Of a stretch of DNA of 64,000 nt, positions 12,861 to 27,581 are shown piece by piece. The DNA comes from Chrysomallon squamiferum. Lineage: Eukaryota > Animalia > Mollusca. The stretch covers positions 6,696,001 through 6,760,000 of the forward strand of contig CM022673.1 of NCBI GenBank assembly GCA_012295275.1, in the 5' to 3' direction. The position numbers and the translations under genes are program-made. The first letter of the stretch is position 1. Each line of letters opens with the position of its first letter. The notes under the pieces are model-generated. The model had not been told where the DNA came from, ran no database searches, and saw only the letters and a program-made list of their open reading frames with translations.

Positions 12861-15800
12861 TTATTTATTCACATAATTGTAGGCCATTCTGAAATTTCTT
12901 TCTTGTTCTGTGCGCTGTGAATCCATCTGTTTTCCAATTTCTTCCATTTTTCTGTTCAGTGCCACTAAATAAAAATGAATAAAACTTCTGAGACTTCACA
13001 TAAAGTAATAATCTCTCGAAATGTTTCAAAAAATATATATAAACTACTGTTTATATGTATTAGAGTAGAAACTACCAACAAAGGCTTGAATTAATCAAAG
13101 TCTTATTTAAAAGTTTTGCACAAAACAAAGTTGATTTAATCTGCAGGTGCAACAAGAAAAAAAAAAAACCCACAAACAACCGACTCCCAGCTACTGGAAA
13201 CGCACATTTCATTTAGATTCTGAAAATTTCACACATGTTAGTGTTTTTCAAAAATAATGAAGGGTCAATATTATTCACTTAGAATAAAATTATTTTCAGT
13301 GCAGATTTTTTTAGTTTTCTTATCTAAAATATTTAGACTTACAAGTAAACCTAAAAATAACAAATAGAAACTTAAATCTTCTAAAGATTAAGATTTTAAA
13401 AATGAAGAAAATATATGTAACATTATTAGTGTATGTGATATCTCCATCCTTTTAAATACCCACATATTCTACATATATATGTATAATTAAAGGGTTTTTT
13501 TTACCTGTATTTCTATCAATCCACAGTAATGAGTCCATGTGTGCATTTAATATTTTTGTTAACTGTTGAATCTGGAACATAAAATGTTAACAATAAATAT
13601 ATAATATACAATTCACCTGTTAAATTAACACCATATTAAATATTTATTCATAATATTAACACAAAATTAAAACTTTTTATTTCTTTTGATATTTACCTGA
13701 AATGAATTACTTATTATATACACTTCAATATACACTTATTAGGTATTTATTATGCTTACTGGAAAGAGGTATGTAAAGAATATTTAATTTTTAATCTATA
13801 ATTTAAAAAAAAAGAATAAATAAATACATATATTATTCTTTGGATTCTAGAAAATTAATGTTGAATAAATCTAGGAAAATATTATTTGTTTTTACAGTAT
13901 TTTTTGTTTTACAATGAATTTATATTTGATATTAATATTAACTTTATCAATAGTACTGATTTAAATAAAAATATAAATAAATTAATAAACTGGATAATGA
14001 GGATCACATGACTATTATTATTTGCATTTTTACTTTCAATGTTATTATTTTTATTACTCTTATTCCCATTATTATTTTAACTGGATCATCAGGATTCTGT
14101 AGCCACTGGTTGAAACAAAAAAATTGAAAGACGTAAAACAAAAGAATTTTTTATATAAAAAAAAATAATAATAATAAAATGAAATGAAAAAAAAACATCA
14201 AAATGATTAAAATAAAATAAAATAAAATAAAATAAAATAAAATAAAATAAAATAAAATAAAATAAAATAAAATAAAACAAAACAAACAGATAATAAAGTA
14301 ATTAAAATAAAATAAAATAAAATATAAATATAAATAAATAAATAAATAAATAATAAATAAATAAATAAACAAATAAAATAAAATATAAATAAATAAAATA
14401 AATTTAAAAAAAAAAAAAAAAATCATGTGGAATTAAAAAAAAATAATGATAATGATAATAATAAATTAATAAATAAAATAAATAAATCATACAAAAGAAA
14501 GAAAACATATGATAATAAGAATTATATTAAAATACACTGAAATCTGTAATAATTTTCTTTAAAATTATTATTTTTAAATTTTTTTTTTTTTTTTTGGAAA
14601 TCCAAAATTATACTGATTAATATTATCAAACAGACAATACGTTAGTTTTAAGATAAAAATAAAATCTTACGTGTGTTCTCTCTCAAGATCGGCATGCTGC
14701 TGGTAACTGATGGATGGAAGCTGATCCAGTTCCTTCTCCAGTGGAGTTAGTAATTCTTTCAGCTCTCTCTGCTGTGCATGGATGAAATCCAGTTCATGAT
14801 CCAGTTTCTGCTGATCCATCTTAACTCTCTCAACTTCTTTGTTCAGCTGTATAATCTGTAATAAATGAAAACCTAGCATTATTCTGATTTATTTTAAATA
14901 TAATGACTGTGGGTTAAAATACTACTACATCTACAATATTAAAAATGACAGCTGTAAGAATTAGCTTACATTACATATTTATGGAGTGAATTAATAAGGA
15001 AAAAGAACAAATCCAATAACAATAAATCTGATTATACTGAGCAAAAACTACCTATTTTTAATTATTAATATAATTTTTTTATTATGTATGCAACTAGAAA
15101 GAATAATTTAGAATATGAATATCATTTTTAATTAATTTTTTTTCTTCTAAACATGGCTATTCTCCAAATCAATATATGCCAGATATTCAAATTATGTAAG
15201 CCATGAAACATCCTTGTATTAAAAGAAACATTATAAACAATAACAGAAATTCTAAATCTGCATTAGTAAACAGCACAATGAACTTCTGAAATCTCATACA
15301 CAAATGGCTTTCCATTTTATTAACATACACACAATACATATAAAGAAAACACCAAAAAATTCTGTCTCACCTTTTCTCCATTTTCCATGACAAGCCTGTC
15401 CCAGGCATTAACCTGTGTGGCTTGTTGTAGAAACGTCTGCTCTTGTTCTTCCAGTTCTGCCATCCACTTGTTAATTGATTCTTCCAGCTGTCTGTACGTC
15501 ATCTGTTTACCTTGACTAATAGAGCTACAGACAAAATTTTAATTAAATCTTGGCATGCTGCTATTTTGTAAAATATCCATCTTTGTTACGGAGAAAGAAA
15601 AATGTTCATGAAAGTATTCTTACTTAACATTATATAACATTTTATATATTAACTGAGATAAACTGTGGTAAATGAGGAGGCTTTCTGATAACTGATAAAG
15701 ATGGTCCAAGTATATTTTCTGCTATCAGTAAAGTAGTGAATTTTTTGAGATGTTCAGTGTTGTTAATCAAATATTTATTCATTATATTCATTACAGAGTG

Positions 15801-17328
15801 CCCAACTGCAATCATCATTTTTATAAATATAAATACTGACATATAAATTGTTAAATATGTTTATAAACTTTTAATCATTTACTAAGTAATACAGTTACAA
15901 TAAACATTTTTTTTATTACACAAACCTAGTCACAGTTGCAGCAGCTGTTGAAGACGGCATACCAAGAGACAATCCGAAACCAGCTGTCTTTGTAGTTGCT
16001 GCACCACCTAAACCAAACCCTGCAGTTGATGGTGTTGACGGTGTTGATGTTGCAGTGGATGCTGCAGCAAACCCAGCTTTCAAACCACCTGCTAGAGAAA
16101 ATCCAGTTGAGGCTGGTGTTGAAGTTGAAAGGCCCAAACTCACAGAAGATGTGCCAAACACTCCACCAGTTGATGTAGCTGTTGATGTTCCCAAAACACC
16201 TGGCGCAGACGTGGCTGTTCCTACACCAAATCCTCCTGGTGCTGCTGCTGCTGCTGTTGATGCTGGGGTTGACAGATTGAAGCTAACAGTTGGAGTTGAT
16301 GAGACTGCAAAGCCCAAGCTTGACATTGTTGGTGTCGCTGTTGTTGTTGTTGTTGGTGCTGTTGTACCAAGAAGGCCAAATCCTGCAGGAGCTGCTGAAG
16401 TAGTGGTTGCTGATGTTCCCATTCCAAATCCGACAGATGCTGATATAATTGAGGAAGAAGGATTATAAAATTAGTTTTCAATATTTGGATAAAATTTTGG
16501 ATCACTTTTTACTTTATATACATTAAAAAAATGAAACTAATTCCTCATCTCTGCCTTTAATTTGGGGATATATTATGTAGAGTGTTCTCAATTTGTTTGA
16601 CATACACACACAGAATCATATACACAGAAAGCACATATATGTTCACAGTCATAAGTATTTATTATAACTGTCATGAGAAATTGTTCACACAATCAAAATA
16701 TTTATTTCAGTAAAATATATGATGTTCAATATCTTAATATTTTTAAAGCACAAAAGCATTAACCATATAGTTTAATTTAAGAAAAAATGGAAGAAATTTT
16801 CAAAAAAAAAACAAAAAAAAACAAACAAACAAAAAAAACATGCAGAAATTCTGTATTCTAAGAAACAAATTAAGCAAAATATAAATTGCAATCAAACTGT
16901 GTGTTTACCTGATATCAAAAATAAGAGAAATTTATTAATTTGGCACACAACAAAATAAATTTTTATTTTACACAAAAATTCATTTGGTAAATTAGTAACT
17001 TACATCTTTGTGCTTTCATGGATAACACGAAAGGCACCCAGATTTATGATTTATACTTTTTTTATCTTTTTCGATATCTTTGTTACAGTGTTGTAGGATT
17101 TATTTTTCCTTTTCACAGTTATAATTTTTTATAACTGTTATTATTATTATTATTATTATTATTTTTACCTTGTTGTACTGGTTGTGACTGTCCTAGTGTG
17201 AGGTTTAATGTATTAGCAGTAGATGAAACAGGGGCTAAAGTATTAACAAAAAATATCAACACATGCAATTTTATATAACTTCTGATTAAATGCAAAAACA
17301 ACAACAAACAACAAAAACAGGAATGAAA

Positions 17329-17367
<39 letters not shown>

Positions 17368-18692
17368 CAAATTCGAACTAAAAGCCAATACATAAAAACT
17401 TAATAACATGCAAGTAAAACATTTTATAAAATTTGTAATCAAAAGCCAAAACATCTTCATCTGTATGATTGAAAAATAATTGAACTTTTTTTTTTTTAAA
17501 TATTATTGAAAATATTTGTATCAATTTGGAAAATGAAAAATTTAAAGAATTTATTCAGTTTTAAACATGAAAATATTTTACTAAAAAAGTAATTAAAGTC
17601 CAGTAAACAACTGTCAGAAGTATCCAATTTTAAAAAAATTTTTTTTTTATGTGTCATTTTACATACTGGCAATTGTGTTTGAAATGTATTAATTATACTA
17701 TTAAATTTGTTTTGGGATTTTGGGTTTGTTTTTTTAAATAAAAATTAGTAAAAGAAAATAATTCTTCTAACCTAATTCTTCTCACTTCTATATCTATATA
17801 ATTTTAATCCAGATAAAAATTATAATTTTTATTTTTACATTTAACCTTCTAAAATGAAATGTTTTAAAAATGTTAAATATACATATTAAATAAATATCAA
17901 ATAAAATATATAATTACAACAAGAAAAAGAAGAAGAAAGATTTATATATAAATATATAAAAAGATTTATATTAAAAAAAAAAAAAAAATAAAATAAATTG
18001 TTGCTTTTGAGAAGAAAAATATATTTTTGGAAAAAAAATAAAATAGAAAAATAAAAATAATCTAAATTTAACCATTTAGAAAATATTTAGAAAAATTACA
18101 TATTAACAGAAACAAAAATATTAAATTAATATTAACAATAATAAGATATCCAGAATATATTTTTAATACTGACTTCATTAAGTGTTTATATTGTGATGCT
18201 TTCTACTGATGGTTTCATTTCTTTCAAGAGGCAAATATTTATCACGGTTATATCTGACATTTATGAAATACATCTTCAAATAAGCAAGGAAGCTGTCATT
18301 TTATTGTGTACTTGAAAATTATATCACACAGAGAAGTTCTAATTCTTGAATAATATATATAAGCAAGTTAGCCAGTGCTTTACTTATTAAAAATAAAAAA
18401 TAGCAGAAAGCAAGTAATCATACTTCATTATTAACAAATGTTGGTTTCTTGCCAAAGTAGACGTGATCTAACTTGGATATATGCAAATATATTAACATTA
18501 ATTGTTTACACAACATAAAAAAAATAAAAACAAAATTAAAAAATAAATTAAATCATCTTGAATTATAAATAAAATTTGGAGTATTCATTTGCATCACAGC
18601 TTGAACACTTTAACAATAAACAAAATAAATCACATAATTTTAAGCAAAATGTATTTCTCTTACTGTTCACCACAACAAGCAAAACCAAACCC

Positions 18693-18725
<33 letters not shown>

Positions 18726-19940
18726 TGTTTAACCAACAAGACTGAGCCTGATAAACTGATAAAGTTAGTATTTAGCGTTATATTTCAGTCAGGTTACCTG
18801 AAGGTGGCTGAGCAGATGTTGTTGTAGCAGCAGTACCAAAACCAAAGCCTGTGTTGCCATTACCTCCACCAAATGAAAACCCAGCTGTGGTTGTGGGTGC
18901 TTGAGCAAAAGAAAACCCACCTGGGGCAACAGTGGTGGCTCCTGTGGTGAGAATAAAGACAATTCTTTTATGATTGACAAAAAAAAATATAAAAAAATAT
19001 GGTATTCACAAGTTTTAATTTATAAAATAATTTGTAAATAGGAGAAGAAAAAAAGGTATATTTGTTAATATGGATAAAGGAAAACAAATTTTAAAATCTT
19101 ATCATATTAATTATAAAACAACACTTTTTACTATATAAAAAATGAGTATGTAAGCTCAGTTTTGGTTGATTTATACTGTATTTGAAATGTTTTATTTCTT
19201 TTTTTTTTTTTTTATGTGTGTGCACGTGGGGGGTATTTTTAGTTTTTTACCTGCAAATTTAATCATCCAAAATAATAAACAATATTTTCTTAAATAACAG
19301 AATGTAATGTCAAGAAGTTAATAAAATTAAATCAAAACAAAACTTTATTTTATTTATTAAGTGGACAGAATTACTTCTTAGAATCAAAATACCAAATTTA
19401 AAACTGTGAAAGCATTAAGTGTGGTTAGAAAGATAATAAAAATAAATGTTAAAAGTAGATACAGTGACCTGCTGAAGTGGTAGGTGGTTTATTAAAAGTG
19501 AAGCCACCTGCTGGTGCTGTTGCTGTTGCTGCTGCTGTTGCTGTTGCAGTTGTTGTTCCTGTTCCTCCAAAAGAGAAGCCAGTAGTACCTCCAGCAGGTG
19601 CCCCGAAACTAAAACCTGACGTTGAACCTGATGTTGTTGTCTGAGGAGTCTGAGTGGTACCCCCAAATGAGAAACCTGACATAAATAAATATGGATCTTA
19701 TTGTTTATAATTATAATGTAAGAAAATAAACCTTACCCAATATATTACATATATAAACAAATTTCGAAAGAACAAGTTGATGTAAAATAAAAATATCAAT
19801 AAAAATAGTAAATATATTAATTATTTAATAGTGTTTATATATATATATATATAAATACAATTAAAATCCATATTTTCTTTTAACATCTGACAATAATATA
19901 CATCATTAAACAAAATACCTCCACTTTGGCCTCCAAACAT
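12861..19940 (-). CDS. NUP62: Nuclear pore glycoprotein p62 (FG repeats + Nsp1-like coiled coil); one internal exon not found
   Basis: Exons 19940-19919 (MFGGQSG), 19675-19469 (GFSFG repeats), 18941-18798, 17234-17169, 16439-15926 (T/A/S-rich FG region), 15524-15371 (MTYRQLEESINKW...FLQQATQVNAWDRLVMENGEK), 14855-14671 (LDHELDFIHAQQRELKELLTPLE...EREHT), [gap], 13571-13505 (IQQLTKILNAHMDSLLWID), 12964-12861 (RTEQERNFRMAYNYVNK*). Confidence 0.93.
14209..14420. repeat. (AAAAT)n / (AAAT)n low-complexity tract in a Nup62 intron
   Basis: Seen directly. Confidence 0.9.
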
Positions 19941-20240
19941 TATGCTGCTTTATTTCCTAGACTTTTTTCAGTTTTTGCAGAAAAAGGATCAGGAAAAGTA
20001 TTAAGATCTGAAAATGAATAAAAATCATTTTTACAAATACAGAAAAAGTGAAACAGATTACATTTCCCAGTAACAAAACTATAGCATTTACAAAAATAAC
20101 TAATATTTATATTTTACTTCAAAAACAATTCGCTCATAGATTTTAATTATAAATATAGTCTCTGGATCTCATATGGTTCTGATCTGGAGGGATTTAAATC
20201 AGTAATTAACCTGATGTCTTGGTATTTAAAAAAAAAAAAA

Positions 20241-20274
<34 letters not shown>

Positions 20275-20289
20275 ATAAAATATTTTGAG

Positions 20290-20882
20290 TACTCATATTC
20301 GTATTTATGTCAGCCAAATGAAAAACATATTATTGAATGTTCAGCTTGACTGTTGATAAGGTTTGGTTATTTTGAATTTCTGGAGACAGACTTTTCGTTC
20401 AAGCATTACTATTTATAATTTACTTTGGACGTTTGCGGTTTCAATTTTGATATTCTGGTTTCGACTCTTCTTTTCAAGTCTTGAACTTTATGGTTTTACG
20501 TCACTGTTAAAACTGCATGATACTTTGATGATATTAAATGGAAATAAAAGTGATCAGCTTAAAATTCACTCCAGGAAAATTCAGTTTTTGAAGTTACCGG
20601 TCTAATTTTGCCTTTTAACTTTTTATATCGAAAATGCCCGCTACATGGGTTTCACCAAGACTAAATAACGGTAGTTGTAAAATGTACTTAATAATTCAAT
20701 ACCTTTACATCCAATTATTTGTATCTAAATTCAGAGACAGCGTATAATATGTCAGAGAAATACTACTGAAATAATGTTTACAAATTAAAAGTTTGGTTTT
20801 GTTAAGTAATAACGACATTATTCAAACGACTGGTACAAATATGCAGCGTAATATATTTTGAGGCACAGATGTAAGCTTCATC
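20290..20882. promoter_or_regulatory. Bidirectional promoter / 5'UTR region shared by Nup62 (-) and MRPS21 (+)
   Basis: Divergent start codons at 19940 (-) and 20883 (+), under 1 kb apart; CpGs retained locally while the Nup62 gene body is CpG-poor. Confidence 0.65.
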
Positions 20883-21278
20883 ATGTCCCAAAACCACGTT
20901 CGTTTTCTGGCTAGAACTGTTTTGGTAAAAAATAATAATATCGAACCTGCATGTCGTATTTTAGACAGGTAAAATATAATACATTTCAGTGATAAAATGT
21001 AGTAACAAATATAATACAAACGTAGTCAAGATTTAGTTTGAAAAAGCCAAGGTCGTCTGTTAATAATTCACAAATTATTACCATCAGTATTCTGGTATTC
21101 AGCCTTTTCAGCTATTATATCAATAATATAAACAATTGATACATCTCAACTTCTAGATTTGAGCTAAATAATATATCATTACAACTGTCTTACTATTATA
21201 AATAACTAGTAGACACTTGTTTCAGTTTTAATACCAAAGGGGACGTAACTTTCTTCTATTTCGCCGATTTCATTTTAA

Positions 21279-21318
<40 letters not shown>

Positions 21319-21557
21319 TATTTTTATGTCATATTGAAGTTCACTCTTCCCTTACACGTGCTATTTGTTTTCTTTATAGAATTTTGAGGAATGAGAGATT
21401 TTATGAAGATGTCCGACGACGAATGTATAATGAGAAGCCAACACAGAAAAGACAACGCTTGAGCTATGAACGATGTACACGAATATACAATACTGACATG
21501 CAACGCAAAATTGAATTTATCATGCGCAAAAACAGAGTTAATCCATGGCCAAGATAA
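20883..21557 (+). CDS. MRPS21: Mitochondrial ribosomal protein S21 (bS21m), 87 aa
   Basis: Exon 20883-20968 (MSQNHVRFLARTVLVKNNNIEPACRILDR), phase-2 GT-AG intron, exon 21380-21557 (ILRNERFYEDVRRRMYNEKPTQKRQRLSYERCTRIYNTDMQRKIEFIMRKNRVNPWPR*). Matches the MRPS21 pattern H..F.ARTV.V / EKP...RQR.SYERC.RIYN..M.RKI.F.MRKNR..PW. AATAAA at 21668. Confidence 0.95.
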
Positions 21558-21797
21558 TGAACAGATGGACAAAGACAGATTAGCAATGTGTACATAAAAG
21601 AAACAAAGAAATGTAGAGTAAACAAAGAACATTACTGCAGAAATACTTTGTTTTAGAAGAAAATAGTAATAAATAAACACCAGATATTGACTTTTGTATT
21701 TATTTAAAACAACATTCTTACAGACATATTCTAACAGTGACAATTTATTTTATAGGACTAGTATCACTGTTTCAATAACTATACATCTAATTAAATA

Positions 21798-21829
<32 letters not shown>

Positions 21830-23542
21830 GAATAAACAACTTTTTAGAACAATATCAATTATCCACAAGTCATAAAAAAATAAATTCTCAACAATGCAAG
21901 ATATTGATTCATTATAAATGTAAATTTTCTGAATCCACAAATAAAATAATAAATACAATGTTATATCTGAATTAATTTACATGACAAAATGGAAGTGATG
22001 AAATTGGTTCTGAGCAACAATATATCTGACAGTCTGCATTTCATTTGATGCCCTAGAGTTGTTACATGAATCAGTCTTTTTAACTGATTTTCTAATTATT
22101 ATGAGGTTTTTGGTTTTTTAATTATTAATAAAATGTTAGTAAAAAATGAAGATAAAAAAAAACTTCCCATCTAAAATTTTCTTAATTACTGCATGCAAAA
22201 CTAGTAATTTGAATATTTTGAAGTCTGAATAAAGCTGATTATATTGTTGACAGACAGGAAGAGAAGGTGAAATTGGCACTTTACTTTTCCCCCCCATTAA
22301 AACAAAATAAATTGGTGAAGAAAACTAATAACCAAAATCACACCCATATGCAGATTATGAAACATATTATCCCAAAACATAAATGGCAAACAAATATTTT
22401 GTATATCTGTCATTTGATCTGTGTCAAATAACTAAATGGGGGAAAAAAAACACTACACATTTTAATCTCAGAAGGATGCAGTTGAATTAACTTTTTAAAA
22501 ATCAATCTATTTACATACATTTTGATTGGTTACTGCAGAAAAAACCCACCAAACATTTCACTGATTTTTAAAAGTTAGAATAAAGTTACATACATTATTA
22601 ATTGTTTATTCTGAACTGGTATATAATTATAAATAAAAAAAAGATAAAATGTATTTGAAAACATGTCTGTCAAGACAATATTTCTCCTACATTTTTGAAA
22701 TTTGAACCCGATGAGAATAATAAATATTCTTTACATAATGCACCGTGTGTCTGGTCAAATATTTTCTTAACTATTATTTATAGTTTTCTTCAGTTACAAG
22801 AAAAGACCATAGTTGCTCTTGATTAAAAAACGGTCACATTTTTAAAGTTTGCACCAGAGAGTAACACTCATTCATTTTATTACAAAATATATTGTAGAAG
22901 AAAAACAAAAAACAAATATTTTTATTAGAACTGTTTGTAACAAATAGATAAGACAAATGTTACAGTCTTATAAACAGAAAAATTCATCCATTATTTTAGA
23001 GTACCTGAGGAGTATTAATTCTAAACTGAAATGAAATAAATAAATATATATATATATATAAAAGAAAAATATTAAATAGTTTCATTAGATATTTGTATTC
23101 TACAGTTAAAAGACAAAACAGTTCACTGTCGTAACAATGAAAATATTGTCTGAACATCTGTTGTCCACAATATTTAAGATATTTACGGAAAAATGTATAT
23201 TTTATGACATCATGCTATAGTTATGCAAGAAAAAAATTGGATTAACATAAATAAACATCATCCATCTGAAGACAAAGAAAAATCAAAATAGTAAATATTT
23301 TAACACAGATTGTAATAACTTTTTGGTTTGTGATAGCAATAATATTAACAATATATATCAGGTAGGGCCACTGTTATTTTTTAAATCAAATAATCATCAT
23401 AGTTTTTACAATGTAAAATATATAACCACGCACATTCATTCTATGAATGGATTATACAATCACAGACAGGCATATGAGAAAAATAATTAACGTCTTCGTA
23501 CTTCTGGCAATTTGATGATAAACAACTACAGCAACTGAATCA

Positions 23543-23970
23543 TCATCTGAATCTAACAATAAGCCAGCACACTGTGAAGACAAAGATACAGAAAATTATC
23601 ATATACAGCCACAGTTTCCAGTGACCAGCCCGTGTTAGTTTCTGGAGTCTACCCATTGTGGCTTGGAGAATGTTACCTGAGGCATCAAAATCATTGTCCT
23701 GAAAGATATCAGAAAAGGATTATAATAAGTCTAAAGACAAAATATTATATACTTAATTAAAGTCACGATTAAAATGTACTTCTGGTGATGTAAATAAATA
23801 ATTTAAATACATTATATGAAATGTTTTTTTTTTTCTCATGTGAATAAATAGCTTAAATATTTTAGGTGAAGGTTTTTGTTATTTCAGATCATTCTTTAAA
23901 AAACAAAATAACCAAAAAAAGAAAAAAGAAAAAAATTAAACAATAATTATTACTTAAACAAACTCAAGGT

Positions 23971-24019
<49 letters not shown>

Positions 24020-25326
24020 TGCAGTTTTCCTTTCATTTTTGTATAACCACTGCATTTATTTCTTATAAATATCAAGTGAAGTATAAGTTTTTGTTCTTTA
24101 TGAATGGACTGGTGGATATTTTATAGAGTAGCAAATTGAAATGATGGTAAAATTATTCTGTGCTTCAGTACATCATATTTATAAATATTTTCATTTTCAT
24201 TTTAAGTTAAAAAATATTTTTTAGTAACACATTTGAATTATTTACCATTCCTGTTAACAATTGGTTCTGAGCTCGTACTTCTGTTCCTATATCTATTGTC
24301 AGCTTTAAAAAACAATAAAAATAAAAAATCATTAATTCAGTATAATTTTATAAATTAACAGTCAACAGACAATATACAACAAAGCACATATATTACACAG
24401 ATTTAAAAAACTCAGTGTTCTTTTTAGAAACTATAATATTTAGAATAAACATAAAAAAAGATATGAATTTTTTGTTAAGCTTCTTACATTTATGATAAAA
24501 ATATAATTAAACTGTTGTAAAACAGACTTAAAAATTTCTTTTATTATTATTCCTCAAAGAAAAAAAAAGGCATTCTGATGTCATGACTCTAACATGATAC
24601 TCAAAGTAAAACTAATTTCTAACTAATGCTCTCACAGTACGACATGTCTAGTTGCTATTTACAATTAAAATTAAAGTATCATATTAATTAAGCCTCATCA
24701 CTTATGATGGATTAAACTCTTACAAAATGACTTCTTTTCAAAAGCATAGATTGACAGAAAATCAATTGATTAAGTTCCTTAAACATTAATGATTGTTTTC
24801 TTCTGGTGAATGTAAATAATTCTGAATGTGAATGGAAATGGTCTCACTGATTTAAGAGCTTTCACTTTTCCCGATAGTGCTTCTTCTAATCTTTCATTAT
24901 CTTCCTCCACCATCTCAGTCTGTGGACGATAGCCCATCTCATTTCCTGAAATATGGATTTAAACGTCTGAATTTGGCTGCATGTGAAAAATATGAATAGA
25001 ATGGAGAAGGTAAGGGAACAAGAATACGGTGTCCTACACACGAATACGAGATAATCAGATATGATATTTAAAACGAGGGTAAACATTCGTCCATTTATAA
25101 TTTATAATTCAGAAATATATATTAGTTGACTTTAAAGATTTAAGAAAGATATGTGATTTCAAACATCTCGATGATAAATATTAATTATTATACATAACAA
25201 AAATCTTTCTTTAGATCAATGTTCACAATTTCACATTTATTACAGATTTATATACTGATGCTGATAGCACCTCAACTAAGACAAATAATTTAAAATAATA
25301 TTCTCACCTATATGCGCTCGCCTCAT
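23543..25326 (-). CDS. BET1: BET1 ER-Golgi Qc-SNARE, 109 aa, tail-anchored
   Basis: Exons 25326-25308 (MRRAHIG), 24945-24848 (EEDNERLEEALSGKVKALKS), 24302-24246 (LTIDIGTEVRAQNQLLTGM), 23698-23543 (DNDFDASGNILQATMGRL...LWLYMIIFCIFVFTVCWLIVRFR*). SNARE motif plus C-terminal TM helix; all phases compatible. Confidence 0.95.
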
Positions 25327-25955
25327 TGTTTTACATTCGTTGTTAAATTACAAAACTGAAAAATGTAGTCGAAGAAAACAAAAATATATCCAATGTCAAA
25401 TTCTGAAATTGTCGGAAAACGAAAACAAACACGTGTCTTAAAATAAGGACATCTACTTCCTTATATGTATTAAGGGGAGATAACATATTGACAAATAAAA
25501 TTTAAAAAATAAATAGAAAATAAAGACAATATTCTAGACCTCGTCATAGGAAACAAATGATTTAAATGATAATAATAATAAGATTTTGTTTTGCTTACAG
25601 AGCTTGTATTAATGTTAAAGAGTATGAAAACAACAACAACAAAAACAAAGTAAAAAAATATTATTTTCTTATTGTAAAATATCTATTAAACCAATATAAT
25701 AATTCATAGAGCAAGATCGAGTTTGACCCTATTAAAAACATTAAAACTAATATGATAATAATTTTGCTGAAATAAAATTCCTAATTAGTGTTTTCGAATT
25801 AATTTATAAGTTAATAAAATAGATAAATGCCTCTCTCGTAATATTATTTTTATTAATGCAAAAATATTTTAAGAGAAATATTATAATTATGTTCTGGGGG
25901 AAATTTATTAAATTTTATTTTATTCACAAACTGCAGTAACCAGCAGTTATAGATA

Positions 25956-25960
<5 letters not shown>

Positions 25961-26033
<73 letters not shown>
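25961..26033. repeat. (GA)n microsatellite
   Basis: Seen directly. Confidence 0.95.
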
Positions 26034-26038
<5 letters not shown>

Positions 26039-27549
26039 TAAAATAAAATGCTGAAATACGTGTAATAATAATTTTTATTATTTATTTATTTAGTTAGTTA
26101 GTTAGTTAGTTAGTTATTAGTACACTGATTCCATTTTTAGGCTTTCAATTTAAAAAAATAATAATGTACGTGTTAGAAAACAAAATATCTCTCCATGGTT
26201 TCCGATATATCGACGTGGTGAGAAGTTATCGGTGCCATTTACGGATTATTATTGATATTAACAGGGCTCATTTGTTAATTTTTAGAGATACGATGATGAA
26301 TCAATACCTATGGAATTATCTGAAAACATAAACATATTTTTAAAAAACCTAAATGCTGGTGGACGTGGGAAAAAAAAAGTTTTATAAAATGATATACACG
26401 TGCATATATTTTAATTAACACAGCAGCAGCAAACACCTCAAACAGTTCTGAAAATTATCGATATTTTCGTCTTCTGAATCTATATAATATCATCATATCA
26501 CAACGAATCCAAGTAATAATGCATAAGTAATTAATATATTTGATACACGTAATGTATATATCAGCAACCGTATGCAGTTAATGACAGTGGACATTAAGCA
26601 TTGTGTATAAATAAGCTTTCAGCGCATAATTGTATGTATCTGGTGCACAAGCACGGTAAACGTGATACATGCACTCGCCGTCAAAAGTTTTAGTATAGGT
26701 CTGCTTAGAAGTAGTATCCATTATTAACAACCCAGACATACATTTTTTAAAATTTTTATTAATTTACTATCTTTCAGTTTATTAGATAATCTATAGTTAC
26801 TTCGCGTCAACATAATTTATTAATTTTCAGAGTGTAGTGATTAAATTAATATTCAAGAGTGTTGAACCACATAGTTTTCTTCTTCTTCTTATATATATAT
26901 ATATATATATCCACACACATACAAACACACACACAGACACAAACACATACACATCACTTCAGCTATGAACCCTCATCTGTATATATATACAAAAGCCAGT
27001 GACTAGCTTAATCTCTTATTTCTCATTTGAAAAGCTAAAAAAAAAAAAAAAAAAAATCTATAGAAAGACGGCTCTACTGTTACATAATGTCAGTGACAAA
27101 AGAATGAGCTAAAAGGAAAAAATGCTTACGTAATTTTCAAACTATCTACACAGACTAATCCAGCTACTGTGTAATATATTGATAACATCACACCGTGCGA
27201 GTAGGTATAATTAGTTCTTTACAAAATTAACGTTTCTACTGCGGTATCAGAAAACACGTTTCAGCATGTTTACAGGAATGCATTTGTTACGACTGTAACA
27301 GAAGCTGTAGAATGGGAGACGAAATCATTTGAAATGGATTAACTTCAGTTTCAGGCGATGAACGAGCCTTTTTCACAAAAGTTAATGACAGAGTGTTTGT
27401 GGGGTTTTTTGGCAGGTTTTTTTTGTGCGTTTTTTTTTTTTTTTTTTTTTTAATTTCAGACAACCCGTTGCAAAAACAAACAAACATAAAACATACAGTT
27501 TTATACGTATTGTAGAGTGTATAATTCGAATTCGAAGACCTTAAATCAA

Positions 27550-27581
<32 letters not shown>

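Noticed and set aside
15996-16505. Plus-strand 137-aa and other alternative-frame ORFs
   Set aside because: Antisense or off-frame readings of the Nup62 FG exon.
19676-19682. ATG at 19682 as the Nup62 start
   Set aside because: It overlaps a TCAG acceptor, and an upstream phase-compatible exon (MFGGQSG, 19940-19919) exists; it could still be a minor start.
20440-20500. VQDLKRR reading as the missing Nup62 exon
   Set aside because: It lies upstream of the start codon, is bounded by stops, and only five residues match.
21324-21743. 139-aa minus-strand ORF
   Set aside because: Antisense shadow of MRPS21 exon 2.
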